In this document: positions 46,436 to 57,572 of the stretch, in pieces
Layout of the letters: each line of letters starts with the position of its first letter
Numbering within the stretch: position 1 is the stretch's first letter
Assembly: GCA_964386715.1 (NCBI GenBank)
Contig: CAYLTD010000019.1
Span: 7,075-71,074, forward strand
Direction of reading: 5' to 3'
Source: an uncultured Bifidobacterium sp.
GTDB taxonomy: Bacteria; Acidobacteriota; Vicinamibacteria; Vicinamibacterales; CAVVIG01
DNA: 64,000 nucleotides
Translations under genes and position numbers: made by a program
Notes under the pieces: model-generated
The model's database searches: none
Told to the model about the DNA's origin: nothing
The model's input: only the letters and a program-made list of their open reading frames with translations

Positions 46436-46994
46436 GCACTTCACCGGCGATGACGTCCCTGCCGCGCTCACCATCGAGCAGCAGCCAGCCCTCGGCCGCT
46501 GCGAGCGTGCGGTAGTGCTCGCGCACCCGGGCCTGCAGCGCGAGGTCGCGCTCGTAGCGGTCGCGATCCATGGCCTTGCGGCGCACGGCGGTCTCGGGAG
46601 CGATATCCAGCATGATTGTCAGGGAAGGCCGCGGGAGAAATCGCTGGATGTCGCGCAGCCACGCCCCATCGAGGCCAAAGGCCTGGCCGTAGGCGACGCT
46701 GGAGGCGAGGTACCGGTCGCTGATCAGGATCCAGCCCTCCGCCACGCGGTCGGCCATTTCCTGCCGGTGCTCGTACCGGTTCGCCACGTAGAGCAGTTGC
46801 ATCACGTCAGGGCCGTAGTCGCGCTCGCCTGCCAGGGCGCGGCCGAGTTCCGTGCCGATCGGGGTGTCGTAGTCGGGAAACGCGATCAGCTGAACGCGAT
46901 GGCCGGCGGCCTCGAGCGCCGCGCGCAGGCGTTCCGCCTGGGTCTGCTTGCCGCTCTGGTCGAGGCCTTCGAACGCGATGAGGTGCCCCTGCAT
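46401..46994 (-). CDS. tmk: dTMP (thymidylate) kinase
   Basis: ATG 46994 gives MQGHLIAFEGLDQSGKQTQ (P-loop). DRY..SS.AYQ is present and the lid region reads ...RDRYE. It begins 5 nt after the lysA stop. Confidence 0.9.
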   Translation of the reverse strand: MQGHLIAFEGLDQSGKQTQAERLRAALEAAGHRVQLIAFPDYDTPIGTELGRALAGERDYGPDVMQLLYVANRYEHRQEMADRVAEGWILISDRYLASSVAYGQAFGLDGAWLRDIQRFLPRPSLTIMLDIAPETAVRRKAMDRDRYERDLALQARVREHYRTLAAAEGWLLLDGERGRDVIAGEVLTATMARLGLR

Positions 46995-46998
46995 CCGC

Positions 46999-48261
46999 TC
47001 ACGCGCCGGTCTCGACCGCGGCCCGCTCGAGGGCCAGCATGTCGTCCACCGTCTGACGCCGCCGGATGACCTCCCACCGGCCGTCGTCCACGAGCACTTC
47101 GGCAGGCAGCGGCCGCCGGTTGTAGTTGGAAGCCATGGCTGCGCCGTAGGCGCCGGCGTCGCGGATGACCAGCAGGTCGCCGACCTGCAAGGGCGCGAGC
47201 AGGCGATCGCGTCCCACGACGTCACTGCTCTCGCACACGGGCCCGACGATCTCGTAGTGCCGTGCCTCCTCGCCCGAGTCGGACGCCCGCTCGATCCGGT
47301 GGAAGGCGCCGTAGAGCGCCGGCCGCATCAACTCCGTCATACCCGCGTCGATGACAGCGAAGTCGCTCACCGCGTTGCGGGGCTTGATGTCGATCACACG
47401 CGCGAGCAGGACGCCGGCCGGTCCCACGATGGCGCGGCCCGGCTCGAGCACGATTGGCAGGCCTGTTGGCCGGACCGCATCCACGATCGCGCTCACGTAC
47501 TCGTGCGCAGACAGAACCGGCGTCCCGTCGTAGGAGATCCCGAGGCCTCCTCCCACGTCCACGTACTCGAGCGGCAGGCCGGCGCGGGAGAGTTCACCGG
47601 CCATGGCGGCCACGAATGCCGCTGCCCCCCGCAGGGGTTCGAGGCTGGTGATCTGCGAACCGATGTGCACGTGGACCGCCACGAGCTTGAGAAACGGGCG
47701 CCCGTCGAGGGTCGCGAACACCTCGCGTGCAGCGTCGGTGGGCACGCCGAACTTGTTGATCTTCAGGCCGGTCGAGATGTGCGGATGGCTCTTGGCGTCG
47801 ATGTCGGGATTGATGCGAACAGCGACACGCGCAGGACGTCCCAGGCGCGCGGCGATGGCCTCGATGCGGTCGAGTTCCCCGGCGGACTCCACGTTGATGG
47901 CCTTCAGACCGAGCGGCACGGCGGCTTCGAGTTCAGCGGGCGCCTTGCCGACGCCCGTGAACACGATTTGGGAGACGTCGAACCCGACGCGCCGGGCCAC
48001 CTCGATTTCCCAGATCGAGTTGGCATCCGCGAAGCTGCCGAGCGAGCGGAGCAGGCGGGTCAGCCCCAGACTCGAGTTCGCCTTGAGCGCGTAGTGCAGC
48101 GCGTGCGGGTAGCCGCCAAACGCCTCGTCGAGCGCGGCGTAGCGACCGCGGATTTCGGACGCGCTGTAGACGTAGGTGGGCGTGCCCTCGCCCGCCGCGA
48201 TCGACGACAGCGGCACGCCCTCGCACGCGAGGTCCCGCCCTGCTCTGTGGAATCCAGTCAC
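46999..48261 (-). CDS. lysA: Diaminopimelate decarboxylase
   Basis: GTPTYVYS...YALKAN (PLP Lys), HIGSQ, DVGGGLGI, EPGR..VG and CES.D. I prefer GTG 48261, which has GGGAG 7 nt upstream. The ORF-track start at ATG 48294 is the alternative. Confidence 0.92.
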   Translation of the reverse strand: MTGFHRAGRDLACEGVPLSSIAAGEGTPTYVYSASEIRGRYAALDEAFGGYPHALHYALKANSSLGLTRLLRSLGSFADANSIWEIEVARRVGFDVSQIVFTGVGKAPAELEAAVPLGLKAINVESAGELDRIEAIAARLGRPARVAVRINPDIDAKSHPHISTGLKINKFGVPTDAAREVFATLDGRPFLKLVAVHVHIGSQITSLEPLRGAAAFVAAMAGELSRAGLPLEYVDVGGGLGISYDGTPVLSAHEYVSAIVDAVRPTGLPIVLEPGRAIVGPAGVLLARVIDIKPRNAVSDFAVIDAGMTELMRPALYGAFHRIERASDSGEEARHYEIVGPVCESSDVVGRDRLLAPLQVGDLLVIRDAGAYGAAMASNYNRRPLPAEVLVDDGRWEVIRRRQTVDDMLALERAAVETGA

Positions 48262-48317
48262 GAATCGACTCCCGACTATATCACCTGATATCATCGCGTG
48301 ATCCTGCGCTCCCTCAC

Positions 48318-48950
48318 ATGGCCGTCGAACCTTCCGCGCCCGAAGACGTCGAATCGCTGATCCAGCGGTGCCTGCGAGGCGATCAGGCGGCGTGGGAGCG
48401 CATCGTCCGGCTGTACTGGCGAAAGGTGTTCAACGTCGCCTACAAGTTCGTGGGCAAGCACGACGAGGCCGAGGACCTGACGCAGGACATCTTCCTGAAG
48501 ATCTTCAAGTCGCTCGAGACCTTCGATCGCCGCGCCAACTTCCAGACCTGGCTGATCAGCGTCAGCCGCAATCTCTGCATCGATCACTACCGGAGCGTGC
48601 GCAAGGAACGCGAAACGATCGATCGTGACGTCGACGCGAACGAGCTGACACCGGCGGCGGCGGATGCCAGCCCCATCGCCGCGCTCGAGCAGCGCGACCG
48701 CGTGACGCTGCTGCGCGACGCGCTCGCTTCCCTGCCGGAGGCGCTCCGGACCGCGGTCGTGATGCGCGACATCCAGGAGTGCTCCTACCAGGAGATCGCC
48801 GACCGCCTGCAACTGCCCGAAGGCACGGTGAAGTCACGGATCAACCGCGGGCGGACCGAACTCGCACGGCAGATTCGGCGCCTGCGGGGGGAAGACTACA
48901 GTCCGAGCGGGTCGTCCACGGACGGCCGCTCTCGTACGGGAGCCTACTGA
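48318..48950 (+). CDS. ECF (group 4) RNA polymerase sigma factor
   Basis: WERIVRLYWRKVFNVAYKFVG..DEAEDLTQDIFLKIF, FQTWLISVSRNLCIDHYR, and LPEALRTAVVMRDIQECSYQEIADRLQLPEGTVKSRINRGR. Confidence 0.9.
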   Translation: MAVEPSAPEDVESLIQRCLRGDQAAWERIVRLYWRKVFNVAYKFVGKHDEAEDLTQDIFLKIFKSLETFDRRANFQTWLISVSRNLCIDHYRSVRKERETIDRDVDANELTPAAADASPIAALEQRDRVTLLRDALASLPEALRTAVVMRDIQECSYQEIADRLQLPEGTVKSRINRGRTELARQIRRLRGEDYSPSGSSTDGRSRTGAY

Positions 48951-49291
48951 TGAACGTCACGACCGAACAGTCCGGCAACGTCTCGATCGTCAGGGTCGGC
49001 GACAGCCGGTTGATGTACCCGATGCTGGCCGACTTCTCTGCCGTCGTGACGGCACTCGTGAACGGCGGCTCACGCCGGATCGTCATCGACCTGGCGCCGG
49101 TCACCTACGTGGACAGCGCCACGATCGGCTGCTTCATGGATCTCTACCGGACCATCGCCGGTGTCGGCGGACAGCTCAAGCTGTCAGGCGTGCAGAAGCG
49201 CGTCGAGACCATGCTGACGATGACCGGCGCGCAGAACTTCATCCAACTGGTCACCGACGAGGCGACCGCGGTGAAGAGCTTCGGGAACTAG
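48950..49291 (+). CDS. STAS-domain protein (anti-sigma-factor antagonist, SpoIIAA/RsbV-like)
   Basis: ATG 48950 shares one base with the sigma stop (TGATG). The product reads NVSIVRVGD.RL.......F...V..L...G.RRIVIDLAPVTYVDSATIGCFMDLYR...G.GGQLKLSGVQ..V...L.MTG. The conserved Ser context DSA is present. Confidence 0.8.
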   Translation: MNVTTEQSGNVSIVRVGDSRLMYPMLADFSAVVTALVNGGSRRIVIDLAPVTYVDSATIGCFMDLYRTIAGVGGQLKLSGVQKRVETMLTMTGAQNFIQLVTDEATAVKSFGN

Positions 49292-49293
49292 CC

Positions 49294-49560
49294 ATGCGCA
49301 CCATCAAGACCACGACGGGCTCCGAGGTCACGCTGGACGGGGACCTGCTCGCGATCATGGAGCTGCTGTACCGCGAGGTCACGGCCAGGCGGGCCCTCGA
49401 GCGCACCTTCGACGACATGGTGCGCGAGATTCATCACCTCATCGACCAGATGGACGAGGACGAGCGGCGGGCCTACCTGCTCGAGAGCCTGTTCCTGAAC
49501 ACCGTGCGCTACGAGAACGACAAGCTCGAGGCGTACATGAAGAAGCTCTCGAAGAAGTAG
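49294..49560 (+). CDS. Hypothetical 88-aa acidic, helical, Cys-free protein
   Basis: ATG lies 2 nt after the STAS stop, and third codon positions are strongly G/C. The product is MRTIKTTTGSEVTLDGDLLAIMELLYREVTARRALERTFDDMVREIHHLIDQMDEDERRAYLLESLFLNTVRYENDKLEAYMKKLSKK. I recognise no family. Confidence 0.55.
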   Translation: MRTIKTTTGSEVTLDGDLLAIMELLYREVTARRALERTFDDMVREIHHLIDQMDEDERRAYLLESLFLNTVRYENDKLEAYMKKLSKK

Positions 49561-49563
49561 CAC

Positions 49564-50925
49564 GTGTCACTGAACTTCCTCGCCACACGCTTCCAGTGTT
49601 CGTGGCCGTGGGACATCCTCGTGATGCTCTGCGACGGCCGCTTCGTCTGCGGGTGCGCCGACCCGTATGGACGGCGCGTGCTCGGCGATGCCAGGACCGG
49701 TTCGGTGCAGGACACGTGGACCGGCGATGCGATCCGCGCCCTCCGGGCGGATCTGAACACCGGCGGCTCGCGGTTCTGCGGCGACTGTCCCCTGAAGCTG
49801 CCGCTCAGGAAGGACCAGGTCCCCACGGTGCGCCCGCTCGACGCAGGCCTGCGGCCGCGGCGCATGTACGTGGAGTGCACGGCGGCGTGCAACATTTCGT
49901 GCAGCCAGGCGTGCTGCGCTCCCGAGACCGGCATCACCCGCACGCGGCAGGCGGGGATGCTGGACTTCGAGCTGTTCCGGCGGGTGATGGACGAAGCCGG
50001 ACCGACGCTGGCCCGCGTCGACTTCTTCAACTACGGCGAGGCGTTTCTCCACAAGAGGGCCGTGGAGATGTGCGAGTACATCAAGACGCACTTCCCGCAC
50101 ATCTACCTGTACACGAGCACGAACGGCCTGGCACTCTCCGAGGATCAGGCCAGGCGCCTGGTCCACTCCGGAATCGACGAGGTGACGTTCTCGATCGATG
50201 GCGCCTCCCAGGCGGCTTACGAGCAGTACCGCCAGCGCGGCAAGTTCGACGTCGCGATTCGCAACCTGCGCGCGATGGTGGACGAGAAGCGGAAGTCCGG
50301 GCGAGACCTCCCCTACCTGAACTGGCGATACATCCTCTTCAAGTGGAATGACAGCGACGAGGAGATGCAGCGGGCCCGTGACCTGGCCCGGGACATCGGG
50401 GTCGATCGCCTGTGCTGGGAGATCACCGATCACCCCGAGAACGCCTACTCGCGCCGCTTCGTGCCCGGATCGGAAGCCTGGGAGTCGATCCGCCGCGAAA
50501 CGTGGGACGACAGCAACCTCGGCAACGCGATACCGGGCGCCACGCCTCGGGCCCGGATTGAGGTGAAGCCGCTGCTGCCTGGGCTGCCGTTTGTCGGGGT
50601 CCGCGGGCGTGGCCTGGCCATTCGGGCACGCGTCCACAACCTGAGCACCCGCACTTTCCCGGTCACCGGATCGCAGGGACGGCGCATTGTCCGCCTGGGG
50701 GCGCAACTGTGCGCTGAGGATGGCCGCCTCATCAACCTCGACTACGCGCGGGCCGACTTGCCCCGCCCCCTCGAAGGGGGAGGCACCGCGGACGTGACCG
50801 TGGAACTGAAGGCCCTCCCCGACCCCGGGCGTTATGTGCTGAAGTTCGACCTGGTCAACGAAGGCGTGGAGTGGTTCGAGAAGTGCGGGTCTGCGACGAC
50901 GACCCACCCGCTACGCGTACTCTAG
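49564..50925 (+). CDS. Radical SAM enzyme with N-terminal SPASM/twitch-like Cys-rich block and C-terminal beta-rich domain
   Basis: GTG start lies 3 nt after the previous stop. Core motifs are VECTAACNISCSQACC (Cys triad region), FFNYGEAFL (GGE-like), YTSTNG and VTFSIDG. The N-terminal block reads CSWPWDILVMLCDGRFVCGC...W.G....LR......FCGDCP. Confidence 0.8.
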   Translation: MSLNFLATRFQCSWPWDILVMLCDGRFVCGCADPYGRRVLGDARTGSVQDTWTGDAIRALRADLNTGGSRFCGDCPLKLPLRKDQVPTVRPLDAGLRPRRMYVECTAACNISCSQACCAPETGITRTRQAGMLDFELFRRVMDEAGPTLARVDFFNYGEAFLHKRAVEMCEYIKTHFPHIYLYTSTNGLALSEDQARRLVHSGIDEVTFSIDGASQAAYEQYRQRGKFDVAIRNLRAMVDEKRKSGRDLPYLNWRYILFKWNDSDEEMQRARDLARDIGVDRLCWEITDHPENAYSRRFVPGSEAWESIRRETWDDSNLGNAIPGATPRARIEVKPLLPGLPFVGVRGRGLAIRARVHNLSTRTFPVTGSQGRRIVRLGAQLCAEDGRLINLDYARADLPRPLEGGGTADVTVELKALPDPGRYVLKFDLVNEGVEWFEKCGSATTTHPLRVL

Positions 50926-50987
50926 CGGGGCGCGTGCGCCTCAACGGCAGCGGGCCGCGGCCTGTTCCGCCGCGCGATCGTGGCGCG

Positions 50988-51899
50988 TCAGTTCGCGAGC
51001 CTGGCGGCGGGTGCGGCTGACGTCGTCAGCGCCGGGACCACGACGTCCGCAGAGCCTTCCACGAGTCGCCAGCAGTCGCTGGCCTCGAGAATCTTCCCCG
51101 CAAACTCGGTGTGCAGCGCATGGCCGGCACGGTGCGCAACTAGGTGCCCAATGACCGGGTGGCCGACCAGCGCGAGGTCGCCGACGGCGTCGAGAATCTT
51201 GTGGCGCACGAACTCGTCCTCGAAACGCAGCGCGTTGTTCAGGACGCCCGTCTCCCCCAGCACGATCGCGTTCTCGAGCGAACCACCCAGCGCCAGGCCG
51301 TTGCGCCGCAGCATTTCGACGTCCTTCAAGAAGGTGAACGTGCGCGCCGGCGCGATCTCCTCGATGAACGTTTCTTCGGTGATGCGCAGCGTCCGGGTCT
51401 GGTGCCGCAGCAGCGGGTGATCGAAGCTGATGCTGTAGGTGACCTTGAAGTGATCCGAGGGGTAGAGCGCAATGCGCTTTTCGCCCTTCGACAACGTGAT
51501 GGGCCGCGTGATCTTGAGGTACTTCCGCGGCGTTGCCAGCTGCTTCACACCCGCTTCCTGGATCAGGTAGATGAAGGGAGCGGCGCTGCCGTCCATGATC
51601 GGGACTTCTGGAGAGTTCAGCTCGATGAGCACGTTGTCGATGCCCATGCTCACGAGCGCCGCGAGCAGGTGCTCGACCGTCTCCACCGAGACTTCATTGC
51701 GCGACAGCGCGGTGGCCAACTGGATGCCGCCCAGGTGCTGGACCCGGGCCGGCACTTCGTGGTCGCCCTGGTCGGTCCGGCGGAACCGGATGCCAAAGTC
51801 GACCGGAGCCGGCTTCAGTGATAACTGGACCTTGTTGCCGGAATGCAGACCGATTCCGACACAGGAAATTGCGCGACGAAGGGTACGCTGTGCGTCCAT
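50988..51899 (-). CDS. lpxC: UDP-3-O-acyl-N-acetylglucosamine deacetylase
   Basis: ATG 51899 gives MDAQRTLRRAISCVGIGLHSGNKV.L.L.PA..D.GI.F.R.D. Later blocks read TVEHLLAAL...GIDN..IEL...EVPIMDGSA.PF and HKILDA.GDLAL.G. The upstream in-frame extension shown in the ORF track is not LpxC-like. Confidence 0.93.
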   Translation of the reverse strand: MDAQRTLRRAISCVGIGLHSGNKVQLSLKPAPVDFGIRFRRTDQGDHEVPARVQHLGGIQLATALSRNEVSVETVEHLLAALVSMGIDNVLIELNSPEVPIMDGSAAPFIYLIQEAGVKQLATPRKYLKITRPITLSKGEKRIALYPSDHFKVTYSISFDHPLLRHQTRTLRITEETFIEEIAPARTFTFLKDVEMLRRNGLALGGSLENAIVLGETGVLNNALRFEDEFVRHKILDAVGDLALVGHPVIGHLVAHRAGHALHTEFAGKILEASDCWRLVEGSADVVVPALTTSAAPAARLAN

Positions 51900-52090
51900 G
51901 AGTCTCTCAGCGAGCGGGGACGTGCACAGACGAGGTGAGCAAACGGGATGCCCGGTGAACTCGCGCGCAACCTCGGTAACGAGGCCCTGAGTCACCGTTA
52001 GTTTCAGCGATGTTTCGCCGAATATTCGCAATAGCCGAGACGTGCGGGTGTGGCTGCGAGACCACAGTCGAAGCCGCCAAAGTTGTGGCG

Positions 52091-52099
52091 ATTATACCA
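52091..52099 (-). promoter_or_regulatory. Extended -10 promoter element TGgTATAAT (candidate lpxC promoter)
   Basis: The minus strand reads TGGTATAAT, a perfect TGnTATAAT, directly after the uvrA stop and about 190 nt upstream of the lpxC ATG. This is striking in such GC-rich DNA. Confidence 0.5.
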
Positions 52100-52105
52100 C
52101 AAGAG

Positions 52106-54910
<2,805 letters not shown>

Positions 54911-55016
54911 GGTCCCTCAGCTGCCAGAACTTCGTGGTGCGAAAACCTTCATTCTAGCATCGGGAAACACCGTGCGCCCCTGGCTGAAGCAATGTCCGCG
55001 TCCAGCCGCCGCGGCG

Positions 55017-56528
55017 CTACGGTGCGTCGCTGCGGAGGCGACTGTGGCGGTAGCCGTAGCCGAAGTACAGGAGCAAACCCAGCACAAGCCAGATGCCGAA
55101 GCGCTCCCAGGCATGCGTCGGGAGCCCCAGCATCACGTAAACGCACGCTGCCGCGCCTGCCGTGGCCACCAGCGGCAGCGCGGGGACGCGGAACGGGCGC
55201 GGTCGGTCGGGGTCCGTGCGGCGCAACACAAGGACGCCGATGCAGACGATGGCGAAGGCGGACAAGGTGCCGATATTCGTCAGGTCGTAGATCTCGTTCT
55301 CGTCGAGGACGAGCCCACCCACCGCGACCGCGATCCCGGTCACCAGAGTGGTCACGTGAGGCGTTCGGTAGCGCGGATGAATCCGGGACGCCCACGCGGG
55401 AAGCAGACCGTCGCGCGCCATGGAGAAGAAGATGCGTGGCTGGCCGTATTGGAACACGAGCAGCACGGCTGTGAGCGACACCACTGCGCCGAGCGCCACG
55501 AACCACCCGGCCGTCTCGAGCCCCGCCAACTGGAGCGCTTCCGCGAGCGGATCGGCAGCCCGGAGTTGTTGGTACGGCACCAGGCCTGTGGCCACGAGCC
55601 CGACGACGACATAGATCAGCGTGCAGATGGCGAGCCCGCCGAGGATGCCAATCGGCATGTTCCGCTGCGGATCCCGTGTTTCTTCCGCCGCCGTCGAGAT
55701 CGCGTCGAAGCCGATGTAGGCGAAGAACACGATCGCCGCGCCCTGGTGTATTCCGCGCCAGCCGTTGGGAGCGAAAGGCACGAAGTTCGCCGCGTCGATA
55801 TGTCCAACCCCGACGGCAACGAACACCGCCAGGACCAGGAGCTTCACTGCCACCATGACGTTGTTGACCCGGACGCTTTCCTTCACGCCGATGTACAGGA
55901 GCCAGGTGATCAACATCACGATCACGAACGCCGGTATGTTCAGGAGCACCGGTATCCCAGCGACACGTGGCGCCGTCTGCAGCAGGGCGTGTACGGCGGG
56001 ATCCGAACTGAGAAGTGCGGTCCGATACCCGTGTGTCAGGTAATCCGGCAGGTGAATGCCGAACCCGGTCAACAGCGACGAGAAGTAGCCTGACCACGCG
56101 ATCGCCACGGCAATGTTGCCGACGGCATACTCGAGGATCAGGTCCCAGCCGATCACCCACGCCACCAGTTCCCCGAGCGTCGCGTAGGAGTAGGCGTAGG
56201 CACTGCCGGACTGCGGCATCATCGCGGCCAGTTCCGCATAGCAGAGGGCCGCCAGCCCGCACACGGCTCCGAGGAGGATGAAGGACAGCACCAGGGCCGG
56301 CCCGGCGCCGAGCCGGACGACCTCCCCAGACGGAAGCGTCTCTCCGGCCGCCGCCGTGCCGATCGACGAGAAGATGCCCGCCCCGATGACGGCGCCGATC
56401 GCGAGCATGACGAGATCGCCGGCTCCCATCACCCGCTGCAGTCCACCGGGCGTCTCCACCTCGGAGACGATCGCGGCGATCGGCTTGCGCTTGAGCAACT
56501 GCGACATATGCGGGGGCATTGTACCCAT
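55017..56528 (-). CDS. APC superfamily amino acid permease (cationic amino acid transporter-like)
   Basis: LKRKPI....E.......[16 protein letters not shown]...G.AA...AGPA...SF...G....L.AL.YAE.A.M.P.SGSAY.Y.Y. Three closely spaced ATGs (56528, 56519, 56507) are possible starts. The ORF-track extension to 56795 is not coding-like. Confidence 0.88.
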   Translation of the reverse strand: MGTMPPHMSQLLKRKPIAAIVSEVETPGGLQRVMGAGDLVMLAIGAVIGAGIFSSIGTAAAGETLPSGEVVRLGAGPALVLSFILLGAVCGLAALCYAELAAMMPQSGSAYAYSYATLGELVAWVIGWDLILEYAVGNIAVAIAWSGYFSSLLTGFGIHLPDYLTHGYRTALLSSDPAVHALLQTAPRVAGIPVLLNIPAFVIVMLITWLLYIGVKESVRVNNVMVAVKLLVLAVFVAVGVGHIDAANFVPFAPNGWRGIHQGAAIVFFAYIGFDAISTAAEETRDPQRNMPIGILGGLAICTLIYVVVGLVATGLVPYQQLRAADPLAEALQLAGLETAGWFVALGAVVSLTAVLLVFQYGQPRIFFSMARDGLLPAWASRIHPRYRTPHVTTLVTGIAVAVGGLVLDENEIYDLTNIGTLSAFAIVCIGVLVLRRTDPDRPRPFRVPALPLVATAGAAACVYVMLGLPTHAWERFGIWLVLGLLLYFGYGYRHSRLRSDAP

Positions 56529-56550
56529 GGGTCGGAGCGTGCGGTGCGGG

Positions 56551-57537
56551 CTACCGCAGGGAGAATCGGTACGCCGTGTCGTTCGTGCAGGCGACGAGAA
56601 CGCCCCTGGCGTCGTCGAAGGCAAACCCGATGAGACCGGGTGCGGACAACAGCAACTCGGGTCGTCGGGCATCACCCAGGCGATAGAGTCCCGCGCTCCC
56701 GGCCAGCGCCTCGACGACGTGCAGCACCCCGTCGGGGCCGAGGCCGAGACCCTGCGGGCGACCGAACCCGTCAGCGAAGACGGAGACGGTGCCATCCCAG
56801 AGCACCCGATACACCACGTCGCGAGCCGACAACGTCGGGGCGGTCACAAACAGTCCGTCGGGAGCGAGCGCCAGGTGGAACGCCGCGACGCTCGAGGGCA
56901 GGGTCGCGAACGTCGTCGCCTCGCCACTCGGCGCCACTGCGAAGATTGTTCCGGACCGATCGCCAACGAACAGCGTGCCGTCCGCTCTGAAGGCGAGGCC
57001 GCATGCGATGCCAAGGTCGGTCGCTACCGCCTCTGCCCCGCCATCCGCGTTCAGGCGGTAGACCGCACCCTCGAACCGGCTCGTGACATACAACGCATCT
57101 TCAGGCCCGATGACCATCGACGTGGGGTTGGTAATGGCGGAAGAGAAGTTCTCACGGGTGCCGTCGGGCCGCACACGGAAGATCGACACCGGAACCTGCT
57201 GTCCGCGGCTCCCGCTGTACGTCAGGTAGACATTGCCGGCGGCGTCGATCACCGGGTTGTCCACCTGGTGCAGCCCGGTGGCGATCGGGACGCCCACATC
57301 GACGAAGAGTTCGCCAGGAACGCCGCCAACCCGCACGGCTACCCGTCCGGCTGCGTGGCCATCGACGACCACGCCAATGGTGGACGGCGACGCGAAGGCA
57401 ACCCGGGCGGAATGGTCGCCGACCGTAACCTGCGGTAGTGCGGAGCTGACGACGGGAAGCCCGTCGCCAACAACCGAAATACGGCCGCCCGGGATGGTGA
57501 ACTGCGGAGCGATCGACAAGAGGCGCGGGGTGGGCAT
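56551..57537 (-). CDS. IPT/TIG-like domain plus beta-propeller (NHL or SMP-30/gluconolactonase-like repeats) protein, no signal peptide seen
   Basis: ATG 57537 gives MPTPRLLSIAPQFTIPGGRISVVGDGL.... Repeated blades follow (D..GN.Y.T., P..LA...DG.L.V.D): GNVYLTYS, ALYVTSR, GTLFVGDRS, GLFVTAP, GVLHVVE. Confidence 0.7.
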   Translation of the reverse strand: MPTPRLLSIAPQFTIPGGRISVVGDGLPVVSSALPQVTVGDHSARVAFASPSTIGVVVDGHAAGRVAVRVGGVPGELFVDVGVPIATGLHQVDNPVIDAAGNVYLTYSGSRGQQVPVSIFRVRPDGTRENFSSAITNPTSMVIGPEDALYVTSRFEGAVYRLNADGGAEAVATDLGIACGLAFRADGTLFVGDRSGTIFAVAPSGEATTFATLPSSVAAFHLALAPDGLFVTAPTLSARDVVYRVLWDGTVSVFADGFGRPQGLGLGPDGVLHVVEALAGSAGLYRLGDARRPELLLSAPGLIGFAFDDARGVLVACTNDTAYRFSLR

Positions 57538-57572
57538 GAAGAGGAGTGGACGGGCCGAAGGCCGCTGCTGGA

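Noticed and set aside
49294-49560. The 88-aa ORF as a RiPP precursor for the adjacent radical-SAM enzyme.
   Set aside because: It has no Cys and no Gly/Ser/Thr-rich core or leader/core organisation. The sequence is a charged helical protein, not a typical precursor peptide. It is kept as a hypothesis of low prior in the operon finding.
54911-55016. SOS (LexA) box upstream of uvrA.
   Set aside because: I found no CTGT-N8-ACAG, no GAAC-N4-GTTC, and no other clear palindrome. Only an extended -10-like TGcTAGAAT (54951-54959, minus strand) was seen, without a -35.
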